This document shows, piece by piece, positions 55,716 through 64,000 of a stretch of DNA of 64,000 nucleotides. A program made the position numbers and the translations under genes. Under the pieces are notes generated by a model. The model saw nothing but the letters and a program-made list of their open reading frames with translations. It searched no databases and was not told the origin of the DNA. The DNA comes from Candidatus Aenigmatarchaeota archaeon (GTDB lineage Archaea; Aenigmatarchaeota; Aenigmatarchaeia; GW2011-AR5), in assembly GCA_016198685.1 (NCBI GenBank), contig JACQID010000008.1:74148-138147 (forward strand), given 5' to 3'. The stretch's first letter is position 1, and each line of letters starts with the position of its first letter.

Positions 55716-57677
55716 TCAAAACGTATATTCTATTACTGGCATGAATATCACAATTGTGACTGCTATCACTATCCAGAAAAATATAAATCCTATGATTATT
55801 GAGTCGGCCGCGAGCTTACGGAATCCTTCTTTATCCTGGCCGTTCTCTATGCCGTTGATGAACATTGCCAAAACCAGGCAGGTTTCAAGTAGATAGATGC
55901 CTACGACAAAAATGAATTCAAAGGGTGTCGTGGATGTCTGATAGAAGCTGCTGAGGAATGGAACTCCGGGCAGATTCTGTGCCTGCTGGCCTATGCTGCC
56001 GAGTATCTTGAGTATCATGAGCGTAAGAGTAATAACTATGCCAGTTATGAGCGGCGACATGAAGAACGCCTGGAATTTCATGGAACTTAGCGGGTCATTG
56101 AGTTGCGCCCGTATATCTTCCTGCGTGGCATGCAGATTCTTCAGGTATGTAGCGACAGATAGCATGGCAGTTGCCGCATTTCTTGATCCTTTTACCGATG
56201 ATTCGACGACGGTGGTCATGACAGATTTGATAAGTTTTGATGGATAATACCTGATGGCTCCGTACCTCCCATCAAAGAATGCCTGGCGGAACGTCATTCC
56301 AAGATTGCGTATGTTATCCAGCGCCCTTATGAAGAAACCGCGGATTTTCAGGTTCTTGGTTGCACGAACGCTCTGCTCAAGGGCTTTTTCTACGGGTATG
56401 CCGCTTGAGAGGTTATTTCCCATTCTGAAAAGCGTATCCCCGAACTCTTGTTCGACCTGCAGAGTCTTCTCTCTGACCTGCATTCCTTGGAATGTCGTGA
56501 GATAAAAATAAACCGCTATTCCGGCAGCAACCGAGCCGGTAATAAGAAGCGCGGCTAAGATACTCTCAGTGCCTTCTGCCTGGAAGAAAAGAATGCCAAG
56601 AACTGCCATGACAAGGAACGTGCCTAACGCAAATGGGAGCGCTTTCATCTCGGATCCTTTATCTACAAAAAATCTGCCTGATTTAGGAACTTCCGGGCTT
56701 TCGGTTATGTCTATTTTGCTGAATGTTGCGGGCCTTTTTTCCAGTATTCCTTTTATCGTGAAGAAAAGTATGACCGGCAATATTATGTCATAGAGCACGA
56801 ACAAGGCTGTCGGGCCGACATCAAGGAAGACGGAAACGAGCGGGAACATTACGAAACCCAATAATGGAAGAATTATACCCATAGCATGAAGGAACATGAC
56901 AGGCGTATTCAGATCCTGCGTAAAGTGCTGCGCCGACTCCCTGTTGCCTGCAAGTATTACTTGCACCGCCTGGTCAAGCATCGTCAGCCTTCGCTCTTCC
57001 GTTTGTGAGAGCGATCCTATGAGAAGATCTATTGACTCTAAAAACTCGCGGTTTTCTTTCCACTTCGTGCTGTATGCAAGCAGCCCGTCCTGCATACTCA
57101 CGTAATTCCCGACTTCTACATCCCACATCAGCTTCCTTAATTCATAGACAAGCTTGCCCGATAAATTCTCCGCTGAGAATGACACGGCTCCTTCTAAGTT
57201 CGGGCTGTTTCTCATATAGATTGCCATGTAAAGTATCATGTTTACTATTTCCGAGCCGGTTTCTATTTCATACATTTTCCTGAGATGGAAAGGATAATTG
57301 TATAGATATATGAGAAATGGAAGAAAGACAAGAAGTACCATCACTGCCTGGCCAGGCGGAAGCCCCGGATAGCCTAAGAAATTAGCAATAGCTAATAGAA
57401 GCAAAGGCAGCGACACGATTGTGCCGAGAAGAACTGTAAGCGACGCGACGCCTTCAGTTGTTGCGCGCAAATGCGAAAAGTCAATGGCCTCCTGCATCTT
57501 TTCTTTTTCCTTCCCGCTCATGCTGATCGTCAGTATACCGAGCGAGAAGCGGCAGGATTTTTCATAAAGGGATACAGGAAGTGTCTTGAGCTTTTCCTCT
57601 TCCTTGAATATTTTGTATTCCCGCGACTCTATCTTTCCCGGGACGGCAAGAGACCGCCTGTTGTCGCGCAATGGCAT
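55716..57677 (-). CDS. Type II secretion/type IV pilus F-family (TadC/ArlJ-like) platform membrane protein
   Basis: Two GspF-like halves (RNSPNLEGA..F; LFRMGNNLSSGIPVEKAL) and multiple TM helices. Confidence 0.72.
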   Translation of the reverse strand: MPLRDNRRSLAVPGKIESREYKIFKEEEKLKTLPVSLYEKSCRFSLGILTISMSGKEKEKMQEAIDFSHLRATTEGVASLTVLLGTIVSLPLLLLAIANFLGYPGLPPGQAVMVLLVFLPFLIYLYNYPFHLRKMYEIETGSEIVNMILYMAIYMRNSPNLEGAVSFSAENLSGKLVYELRKLMWDVEVGNYVSMQDGLLAYSTKWKENREFLESIDLLIGSLSQTEERRLTMLDQAVQVILAGNRESAQHFTQDLNTPVMFLHAMGIILPLLGFVMFPLVSVFLDVGPTALFVLYDIILPVILFFTIKGILEKRPATFSKIDITESPEVPKSGRFFVDKGSEMKALPFALGTFLVMAVLGILFFQAEGTESILAALLITGSVAAGIAVYFYLTTFQGMQVREKTLQVEQEFGDTLFRMGNNLSSGIPVEKALEQSVRATKNLKIRGFFIRALDNIRNLGMTFRQAFFDGRYGAIRYYPSKLIKSVMTTVVESSVKGSRNAATAMLSVATYLKNLHATQEDIRAQLNDPLSSMKFQAFFMSPLITGIVITLTLMILKILGSIGQQAQNLPGVPFLSSFYQTSTTPFEFIFVVGIYLLETCLVLAMFINGIENGQDKEGFRKLAADSIIIGFIFFWIVIAVTIVIFMPVIEYTF

Positions 57678-57719
57678 GAATAATTATTGGAAGGGTAATA
57701 TTAAATTGCAACTAAACAG

Positions 57720-58379
57720 TTAATCTTGACCGCCAAGCTTCCTAAAGACATAAATGATAACCCCGCCCAATATTACGATAAAGGCCGCAGTAGCAAGAAT
57801 TATAGCATCAGGATTCGTTTGTTTTGCTTCAGGAGGCACGAGAGCCGAACAGTCTGCATCTGCCGCAGGCGCGCAATCAATATCGCATATTCCGTCTGCA
57901 ACGGCGTCGCAGTAATCGTCAGCCGAGCCTGAGCGGCAGTCTTTTGAACACGATTCGTAGCTCTCGTGAGGCTGGCATGCGTTGTCGCCGCATGTATTTG
58001 AAAATAATGTTAATGAAATAGCGCCGGCAGTTAGGTTATTTTCATCGTATATGTTGAGTTGTTTTGCGTCTGGAAAATAAGGGATTTTAAGAGTGATGTT
58101 ATTCGTTTCAAACACCAGAGGCTCCAGTCCCTCTATGGCTATTTCTTCGCGGAAACTGAAATATATCTTGTAGAGAGGCCTGTCTTCGAACGAAATAAGT
58201 TCGCCGCTGTAAGAGCCTAATGTCATAGGGAAATAGGAAACCCTGCCTGGCTTTACAGATACCGTGCTGTTTGCGATATCATCCCTGTATATGGTTATGT
58301 CATAATAACTGTATTGCTGAGCGAAAGATATCCCGGAAAATACCAATGCCGCAACCAGCAAAAATATATTTCCTTTCAT
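57720..58379 (-). CDS. Secreted, C-terminally anchored protein with a Cys/Asp-rich module
   Basis: Signal peptide, CGDNACQPHESYESCSKDC..ADDYCDAVADGICDIDC..DADC, C-terminal TM helix. Confidence 0.75.
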   Translation of the reverse strand: MKGNIFLLVAALVFSGISFAQQYSYYDITIYRDDIANSTVSVKPGRVSYFPMTLGSYSGELISFEDRPLYKIYFSFREEIAIEGLEPLVFETNNITLKIPYFPDAKQLNIYDENNLTAGAISLTLFSNTCGDNACQPHESYESCSKDCRSGSADDYCDAVADGICDIDCAPAADADCSALVPPEAKQTNPDAIILATAAFIVILGGVIIYVFRKLGGQD

Positions 58380-61300
58380 TCATGCCACCTTCATCGGCGC
58401 GGGGCTGGCCGGGGAGTATGGTATATTGCCGTTGATGATGCTTGAGATCTTGGCCGCGTTCGTGGTGCCCCACCAGTTGTTGGTGGCGAGAACATCCTGA
58501 CTTGCGGGGTCTGTAGATACTGCATGCACGCACCCGTTGCAATATATGTCGTTTTCCATTATATATATGGAACTGCTTTTCCCGGCTACATTGACGCCGG
58601 TTCTCTTTGTACGGATGACGTTGTTCTGTATCACAGTATCTTTGGTGTCTTCAGTGAACACGTCCGTATTAGCGTTCTCTTCCAAGATGTTGCCGATAAT
58701 ATGATTTCCGGTGGATTCCGACGTTTCATAATCCCTTTCTGCCAGGCGTTCCCAAAAGTTTATGCCGTTCCTGTTGTTATTGGTTATTGTGTTTTTTTCT
58801 ACGCGCATGGTTGAGGGCCTTTCCGCGGCTATGCCGTCGTTCCTGTTGCCGGATATTGCATTGCTGATGACTTCCGTGTTTACGGTGTAGCTCAGCCAGA
58901 AACCGTAGTTGCTGTCCGATGCGATATTATTATAGAATTTATTCCCGGAGGCAAATACGGCCTCAAAGGCGTTGTGGGGGCTGCCGGTTGCGTCGTTGAA
59001 CGCCACATAATTGTCCTTGGAGTCGCCGCGCCTTCCGTTAAGGAAGAATCCATCGCCTCCGTAACTCATGTCATTGCTTGTTATCCTGTTGTTGCTGGAG
59101 GATGCCACAAGAAGCACGGCCGCGGAGTCGCAACCGCACCCGTATTTTGTCGAGTCTATGCCTGCAGCCCGGCATAGGTCGCTCGGCGCGTCCTTGCTGC
59201 ATGCCCTGTTGGCGTAGCTGAAGTCGTTGCGGTCTATCTCGTTGTTGCTGGAGCCGTATAGTTTTATTCCATAGCCGGTGTTATGATCGGCTTCATTTTT
59301 GGATACCCTGACGTCATTCACGTTCAGGAAGCTTATGCCGTCCTGCTGGTTGCGCAGGATGTTGTTTTCTATTGCACCGCCCTTGACGTCGCTGAAAAAT
59401 ATTCCCCCGCCCCACGGCTCTTTCTTATGTATGTCCAGAAAGACGTCATGGTCTTCGACCCTGTAATTGTTTGATATGTCGCTGTCTGTTATCTTCACGT
59501 TCGAAGATTTTTCGGCAAAGACGCCGATGAAGTACTTGGACACCTTGCAATTCTTCACTTCCACGTTGTCGGCATTTATACGAATACCATATCCCTGATA
59601 ATTCCCTTCCAGTGCCGCCCCGTTGCAATCGAGCACGGTATCATCGGAATTTATTATGATGCCCGGAATTGACTGGGCAGTTGCCCTGTATACTTTGTTG
59701 CATAATTTGACGTTGCCGTCTATTATGGTAAGCCCGGCAACCTCTTGGCATCCTTCTTCATATATAGGCTGGGTCGGAAGATGCGTCGGTGCATTGATTA
59801 TGCAGGAAAGGAACTTATTATTATTCTGAGCGTTCCATGCCGAGCATGTGTTTATATCGTATGCGCTTCCCGGCCGGGCGTAACAGCAGTTTATCACGTT
59901 GACGATATGGCGTTTTGACAGATCGTTGTATTCGGCAATATTTGCCGAGCCCATTATACTTGTTTTTGAGGAGCGGAAGCCGCCGTATCCGCCGCAACCG
60001 TAATAGCAGGCGGTTCCTGCCTGGCAAGACGTTGCAAAATTGACGTTGGCATCATACGGGAATTCGCATGCGCCCTTACCGTCATTCCCATGCGGGAGCC
60101 ATATGCAAGAATACGTGTCTCGACCATACGAGTATTTCTTATCTTCGCATGATGACTTATCGGTTATTTTGAAGCATTCGGGGCCTGCTCCGAATGCCGG
60201 CGCGCCACACCATTTCGGGCAGCCGGCAACATCGCAGTTGGGCGCAGCCACGTCCGATATTCTGGGTGGCGCGGCAAAGTACTCGTCCGCAAGGTTTGCA
60301 AATGTGTGGCCGAACTCGTGTAACGTAGCCCCCTTTGTGTCGACAGTCGAAGAGTCAGCCGTGATCTGGGTGCCGAATTTTATTCCTCCACTGTATCCGC
60401 CTGCCTTGCCCAGCTTATTATTATCCAGCACTATTGTCGCATCCCTGAAAGGACATTTTTCGGCAGAAAGGGATGTAAAGTATTCGAGGCATTGCCACCC
60501 ATTTTGTCTGATATCGCAATCCTTCCGAACGTCCGCCGGCGCATACCAGACGTTGAATTTGTCCCTGAAGGTGCTGTACGGTTCCTTCGAGAGAAGGTGG
60601 TTTATGTGAGTGGGCAAAACAACATCCACGAATTTATATGTTTCTTCCGGCGCATAATTATTGGACATTACTACTATGTCAATGTTGTCGTCTGAATCAC
60701 CTCTGTTATCCACCGGTATGCATGCGTCTGCATAGGTGACTGCAAAGCTTGCCGAATCTGCGACGATTACGTTATCGAACGCCAAGTCTATGGTGTATTC
60801 GCCTTCTGCGAAATTTGCCGAATCTATTTTCGCCCCATAAATTCCGTCATTGGGGGCGCGGTCACCGTGACTGCCATCGTCGTAAAGCGGAATGGTTATG
60901 GCGTCCGAGGTTTCTGAGTCGGCCGCCAGAGCCAGGGAAGCCCGTTTTATTTGCGCCGTTGTGCGAAAGCCGGGTTGTGCAGTGGCAACGATGGAAAATT
61001 GTGTCCCGGAGGGTCCTGCAGTCGGAGTGATTGATGTTTTCAAATCAATGTCTGTGTTTTTCACGGGTACTGAAGGGAATGCAAGCACAAATATGGCGCC
61101 AGGACTCCTAGCGAGTAACCCGTAATCTGCTATGGCTATCACGCCGTAGCCGTCGATCATTTTCTCGCCGTATTTTACACCCTTTGCAGGAGGAACAATT
61201 TCATCGGTTCCATCGATGGTCATTATGTATTGGCCGTTTGCGTTTCTGACACTGAATGTGTTTTTGCCGAGGGAATCCGCCACTTGCTCCAGGTTTTGTC

Positions 61301-62447
61301 CTTGAGGCAACTCAACGTTAATAGGTATGGCTGGGTAATATGCCGCTTTTCCCGGCTGGGAAACTCTCGTATTTATCCATAAGGTATCATATTTCGACAT
61401 AAATTCGGGTATGGTGAAAGGGACATCTATCTTGCAGGGTAATACGGCAGGGCAATCGAAAGATTGAGAATAACTATCAGGATCATCATGATATATGAGC
61501 ACATTCGATTTGACAGGACCGGCTTCTTGGCCATGAACTTCGATAATGGCATGATATGGAGATCCCTTGAAAACTGGCGGGTTTACGGTCATTGAGGCGA
61601 TGCCAAAAGCGTTGCGGATTTCTTGTTCAAGAACATTGTTCGTCTCGTCACGCTCCTCGATTTTGTTATCTACGTCAATTTCCACGGTGACAACGTCTCC
61701 TTCGTTGGTGCCCCTTGGCAGGCCAAAACGATATACGTCTTCATATGGACTGACGGTTGCCATCTGGACATTGCCATTTACGCTGGCGGAAAGTAAGGTA
61801 GAAAAGCCGGAAAATGCGCCCGTATTCTCAACTGTTACCAGTGCCCGATACCTATCTTTTGATGTTTTGATAAATTCTATTTTATTTATAATCATATCCG
61901 GCATGTCCTTTGGGTCTGCCTTGAAAGGCTCGATGGAAGTCCTAGAAACAACAAATGCGCGCCTTATCTTATCCGAGGCGAATTCGTTGCGCAGGCTCGC
62001 CTCAAACGCGTATGTGCCGGGAGCCAGAGAACCCGGCACAATTTCGGCGATGAGAAGAGTGCCTTCTTCCGCATTCCCGCCGTTAGAAAGGAGAATCGTT
62101 TTGGTTATATTTTCGCCTGAATAAACAGAAACTAAACGATAGGCGCCCGTGTCACCGGTCGCGATTACTCTTATTTGATAGACGTTTTCGTTCTCTTTGC
62201 CAGGCCATGGTATGATTTCAATGGATTTGATTCTTGGAGGGGAATTAGCGGGATGCGCCTGTGTTTTTGGGGTTTCCGCAGGTATTATCGTTGTGGTCAA
62301 TGGCTTCATGGTCGTCGTAGTCGACAACCTGCTCACTTGTAGCGTCGGGCGGCCGGTATAGCCTAAGTCTGTGATCAGGATCCTGAGTCCCTTCCATTCG
62401 GTCGGTATATCCTTTGGTATGATTTTACTGTCGCCGTTTATATCCAC
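58380..62447 (-). CDS. CARDB/Ig plus DDG Ca-binding-type module plus M64 metallopeptidase plus right-handed beta-helix; probably the 3' part of a frameshifted giant gene
   Basis: HEFGHTFANLADEY (M64 signature), LYDDGSHGD.APNDGIY, PDMIINKI CARDB, NosD-like repeats. No signal peptide at the GTG start. Confidence 0.8.
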   Translation of the reverse strand: MDINGDSKIIPKDIPTEWKGLRILITDLGYTGRPTLQVSRLSTTTTMKPLTTTIIPAETPKTQAHPANSPPRIKSIEIIPWPGKENENVYQIRVIATGDTGAYRLVSVYSGENITKTILLSNGGNAEEGTLLIAEIVPGSLAPGTYAFEASLRNEFASDKIRRAFVVSRTSIEPFKADPKDMPDMIINKIEFIKTSKDRYRALVTVENTGAFSGFSTLLSASVNGNVQMATVSPYEDVYRFGLPRGTNEGDVVTVEIDVDNKIEERDETNNVLEQEIRNAFGIASMTVNPPVFKGSPYHAIIEVHGQEAGPVKSNVLIYHDDPDSYSQSFDCPAVLPCKIDVPFTIPEFMSKYDTLWINTRVSQPGKAAYYPAIPINVELPQGQNLEQVADSLGKNTFSVRNANGQYIMTIDGTDEIVPPAKGVKYGEKMIDGYGVIAIADYGLLARSPGAIFVLAFPSVPVKNTDIDLKTSITPTAGPSGTQFSIVATAQPGFRTTAQIKRASLALAADSETSDAITIPLYDDGSHGDRAPNDGIYGAKIDSANFAEGEYTIDLAFDNVIVADSASFAVTYADACIPVDNRGDSDDNIDIVVMSNNYAPEETYKFVDVVLPTHINHLLSKEPYSTFRDKFNVWYAPADVRKDCDIRQNGWQCLEYFTSLSAEKCPFRDATIVLDNNKLGKAGGYSGGIKFGTQITADSSTVDTKGATLHEFGHTFANLADEYFAAPPRISDVAAPNCDVAGCPKWCGAPAFGAGPECFKITDKSSCEDKKYSYGRDTYSCIWLPHGNDGKGACEFPYDANVNFATSCQAGTACYYGCGGYGGFRSSKTSIMGSANIAEYNDLSKRHIVNVINCCYARPGSAYDINTCSAWNAQNNNKFLSCIINAPTHLPTQPIYEEGCQEVAGLTIIDGNVKLCNKVYRATAQSIPGIIINSDDTVLDCNGAALEGNYQGYGIRINADNVEVKNCKVSKYFIGVFAEKSSNVKITDSDISNNYRVEDHDVFLDIHKKEPWGGGIFFSDVKGGAIENNILRNQQDGISFLNVNDVRVSKNEADHNTGYGIKLYGSSNNEIDRNDFSYANRACSKDAPSDLCRAAGIDSTKYGCGCDSAAVLLVASSSNNRITSNDMSYGGDGFFLNGRRGDSKDNYVAFNDATGSPHNAFEAVFASGNKFYNNIASDSNYGFWLSYTVNTEVISNAISGNRNDGIAAERPSTMRVEKNTITNNNRNGINFWERLAERDYETSESTGNHIIGNILEENANTDVFTEDTKDTVIQNNVIRTKRTGVNVAGKSSSIYIMENDIYCNGCVHAVSTDPASQDVLATNNWWGTTNAAKISSIINGNIPYSPASPAPMKVA

Positions 62448-64000
62448 GGCATTCGCGTTGGCATGATTTCAGTGATTTTTATGGGTGTGCCTTCAAACTC
62501 GAACAGCTGCCCGACAGACAAGGTGATAATCGCTCCGCCTGTAGGTGTTGTGGTCGTCGTAGTAATCCCCGTCATAGTTTCGCTGCCCTTCGCAACAACG
62601 TTGACAAGCATGGTCGCCGGCACGCTCTCCTTGCCCGCAGTGCTTTGCGATTTTGCAATGACTGTGCATTTGCTTGCCGAAGGACAATCACTGCTTGTTA
62701 TTGCAAGAGGCGAATTGCAGGTTCGTTCTTTGTTGAGGGCAACGGTTCCCTTTGCGGTGTTTACAATAGTATAGAAGCATTTCATAGCATTATAATCCTC
62801 TATATTCAATGAGAAGCCTTCGCTTTTCGCTGCGGTTGGCGCGGCGAGCGAACCCTCAATCAACGTCCTTGGTTCTCCGGCAGGAATGCTTGTTGTAGAA
62901 CCTGCAGGAATTGTTGTCGTAGTGGGAATTCTGAAATCGCACTCGCCATCGCGAAGGTCGCAGTAATTCGTTGCGCATTGGGAATCAGTATAGCATGCAT
63001 CTCCCAGTCCTCCTTTTGGAATGGTTGTTGTCGTCAAAGGCTTGATTGTCGTTGTTGTTACCCTGTAAACGCAATTCCCGCCTTCGCGATCGACTAATTG
63101 GCAGTAAAGGTCTGCACTGCATTGCGAGTCAGACGTGCAGTAATCGCCGAAACTGCCCTTGGTAATTGTTGTAGTCGTTGCCGCGGCGTATGGCTTGCAT
63201 GCATTGGCTTCGCATCCGTATGAGCATGATTGCCATTTTATTGTTGAGCAGTCAGCGTATCGGTAGCGGCGTTCGTTGCCGCTGCAGTAATAGCCTGCAG
63301 TGCATGTTGCAGGCGTTGTTGGGGTTGTGACTGTGATAGTCTTTGATGTTGTTGCCATTTTTCCTGTGTTGTCGTAAGCGTAGACGTAGTAAGTGTACGT
63401 TCCCGCGGTTGATTCTGTAATGGACCATGATGTTGAGCATGATGTCTGTGTTCCGTCGCAAGTGTAAGTCTTCCATGATCCCTGGTAATAAGCTTCTATT
63501 CGGAATACGTCCTTGTCGTCCGTTCCTATGCCGATGAGCGTAAAGGTTTTGCCTGCGTCGGCAGTCGATGGCGCAACTATCGTTGCTTTTGGCGGTTGGT
63601 CTGCGGCAGGCATTGTCGTTGTGGTCGTGCTCCTCGTGCCGACTATGCAAATAAGTTCATCCTCATCGCAGATGAGGCCGGAGGCGCACTGGGAATCGGA
63701 CGTGCACGTTGATCCCCACGTTCCCTTCGCCATCGTTGTCGTCGTCACGCTCTTGTAAACGCAGTTCCCGCCCTCGCGATCCACTATCTCGCAGCGCAAG
63801 CCAGACGTGCATTCCGCATCTTTCGTGCAGAAGCCCCCGTAACCGCTTCTTATCGTGGTTGTGGTTGTTGGTATTGTGTTGCAGTCGTTTGTTGCCGTGT
63901 TGCAACCGTAAGCGCACGTTTTCGCAAACACGGACGATCCGTCAATCAGGCGGTAATAGCGGTCGTTCCCTAAGCAGTAGTATCCTGAAGACGTGACCAT
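62438..64000 (-). CDS. Cys/Thr-rich modular surface protein, 5'-truncated by the window edge; probably continuous with 58380-62447 across a frameshift
   Basis: Same Cys modules as 46961-50884. The last 8 residues (MPTRMPWI*) look out of frame. Confidence 0.75.
   Translation of the reverse strand: MVTSSGYYCLGNDRYYRLIDGSSVFAKTCAYGCNTATNDCNTIPTTTTTIRSGYGGFCTKDAECTSGLRCEIVDREGGNCVYKSVTTTTMAKGTWGSTCTSDSQCASGLICDEDELICIVGTRSTTTTTMPAADQPPKATIVAPSTADAGKTFTLIGIGTDDKDVFRIEAYYQGSWKTYTCDGTQTSCSTSWSITESTAGTYTYYVYAYDNTGKMATTSKTITVTTPTTPATCTAGYYCSGNERRYRYADCSTIKWQSCSYGCEANACKPYAAATTTTITKGSFGDYCTSDSQCSADLYCQLVDREGGNCVYRVTTTTIKPLTTTTIPKGGLGDACYTDSQCATNYCDLRDGECDFRIPTTTTIPAGSTTSIPAGEPRTLIEGSLAAPTAAKSEGFSLNIEDYNAMKCFYTIVNTAKGTVALNKERTCNSPLAITSSDCPSASKCTVIAKSQSTAGKESVPATMLVNVVAKGSETMTGITTTTTTPTGGAIITLSVGQLFEFEGTPIKITEIMPTRMPWI

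Noticed and set aside
49241-63349. DGR template/variable repeat pair
   Set aside because: The three mismatches (C/T, C/G, T/C) are not adenine-specific on either strand, both copies are in-frame internal coding sequence, and no reverse transcriptase is present.

Overview
64 kb of an archaeal chromosome, probably DPANN-type (inferred from gene content, compact genes and the surface-protein families; not checked against a database). Housekeeping genes: hisS (5'-truncated), PINA ATPase, pelota, EndoQ, dUTPase, proS, psmB-aCPSF1-L37Ae-rpoP-pfdB, sepF, cca, split Hef, RPA2-like, MCM with a 533-aa LAGLIDADG intein, tbp, ITPase, prs, glycosyltransferases and a T2SS-F/TadC-like protein. There are 8 tRNA genes, 6 of which carry 9 BHB-type introns, several at non-canonical sites (D-loop, 30/31, 45/46, variable arm, 59/60); one tRNA has three introns and one intron is only 10 nt. 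A toxin-antitoxin/Fic island lies between tRNA-Val and tRNA-Pro. About a third of the window encodes uncharacterised surface proteins in three groups: a lipobox/Ig-like paralog array with a polytopic anchor (13.1-24.2 kb), two giant Cys/Thr-rich modular proteins sharing near-identical DNA blocks, and an M64-peptidase/beta-helix giant that looks like the frameshifted second half of one of them. Best leads: (1) the frameshifted >1870-aa Cys-module/M64/beta-helix gene and its apparent module exchange with a paralog 14 kb away; (2) a multibranch structured element in the tRNA-Gly trailer containing both copies and complements of the tRNA 3' end; (3) the paralogous lipoprotein assembly; (4) two Fic genes with an N-terminal putative DNA-binding domain and promoter-spanning inverted repeats. 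All family calls are from motif recognition, not searches.
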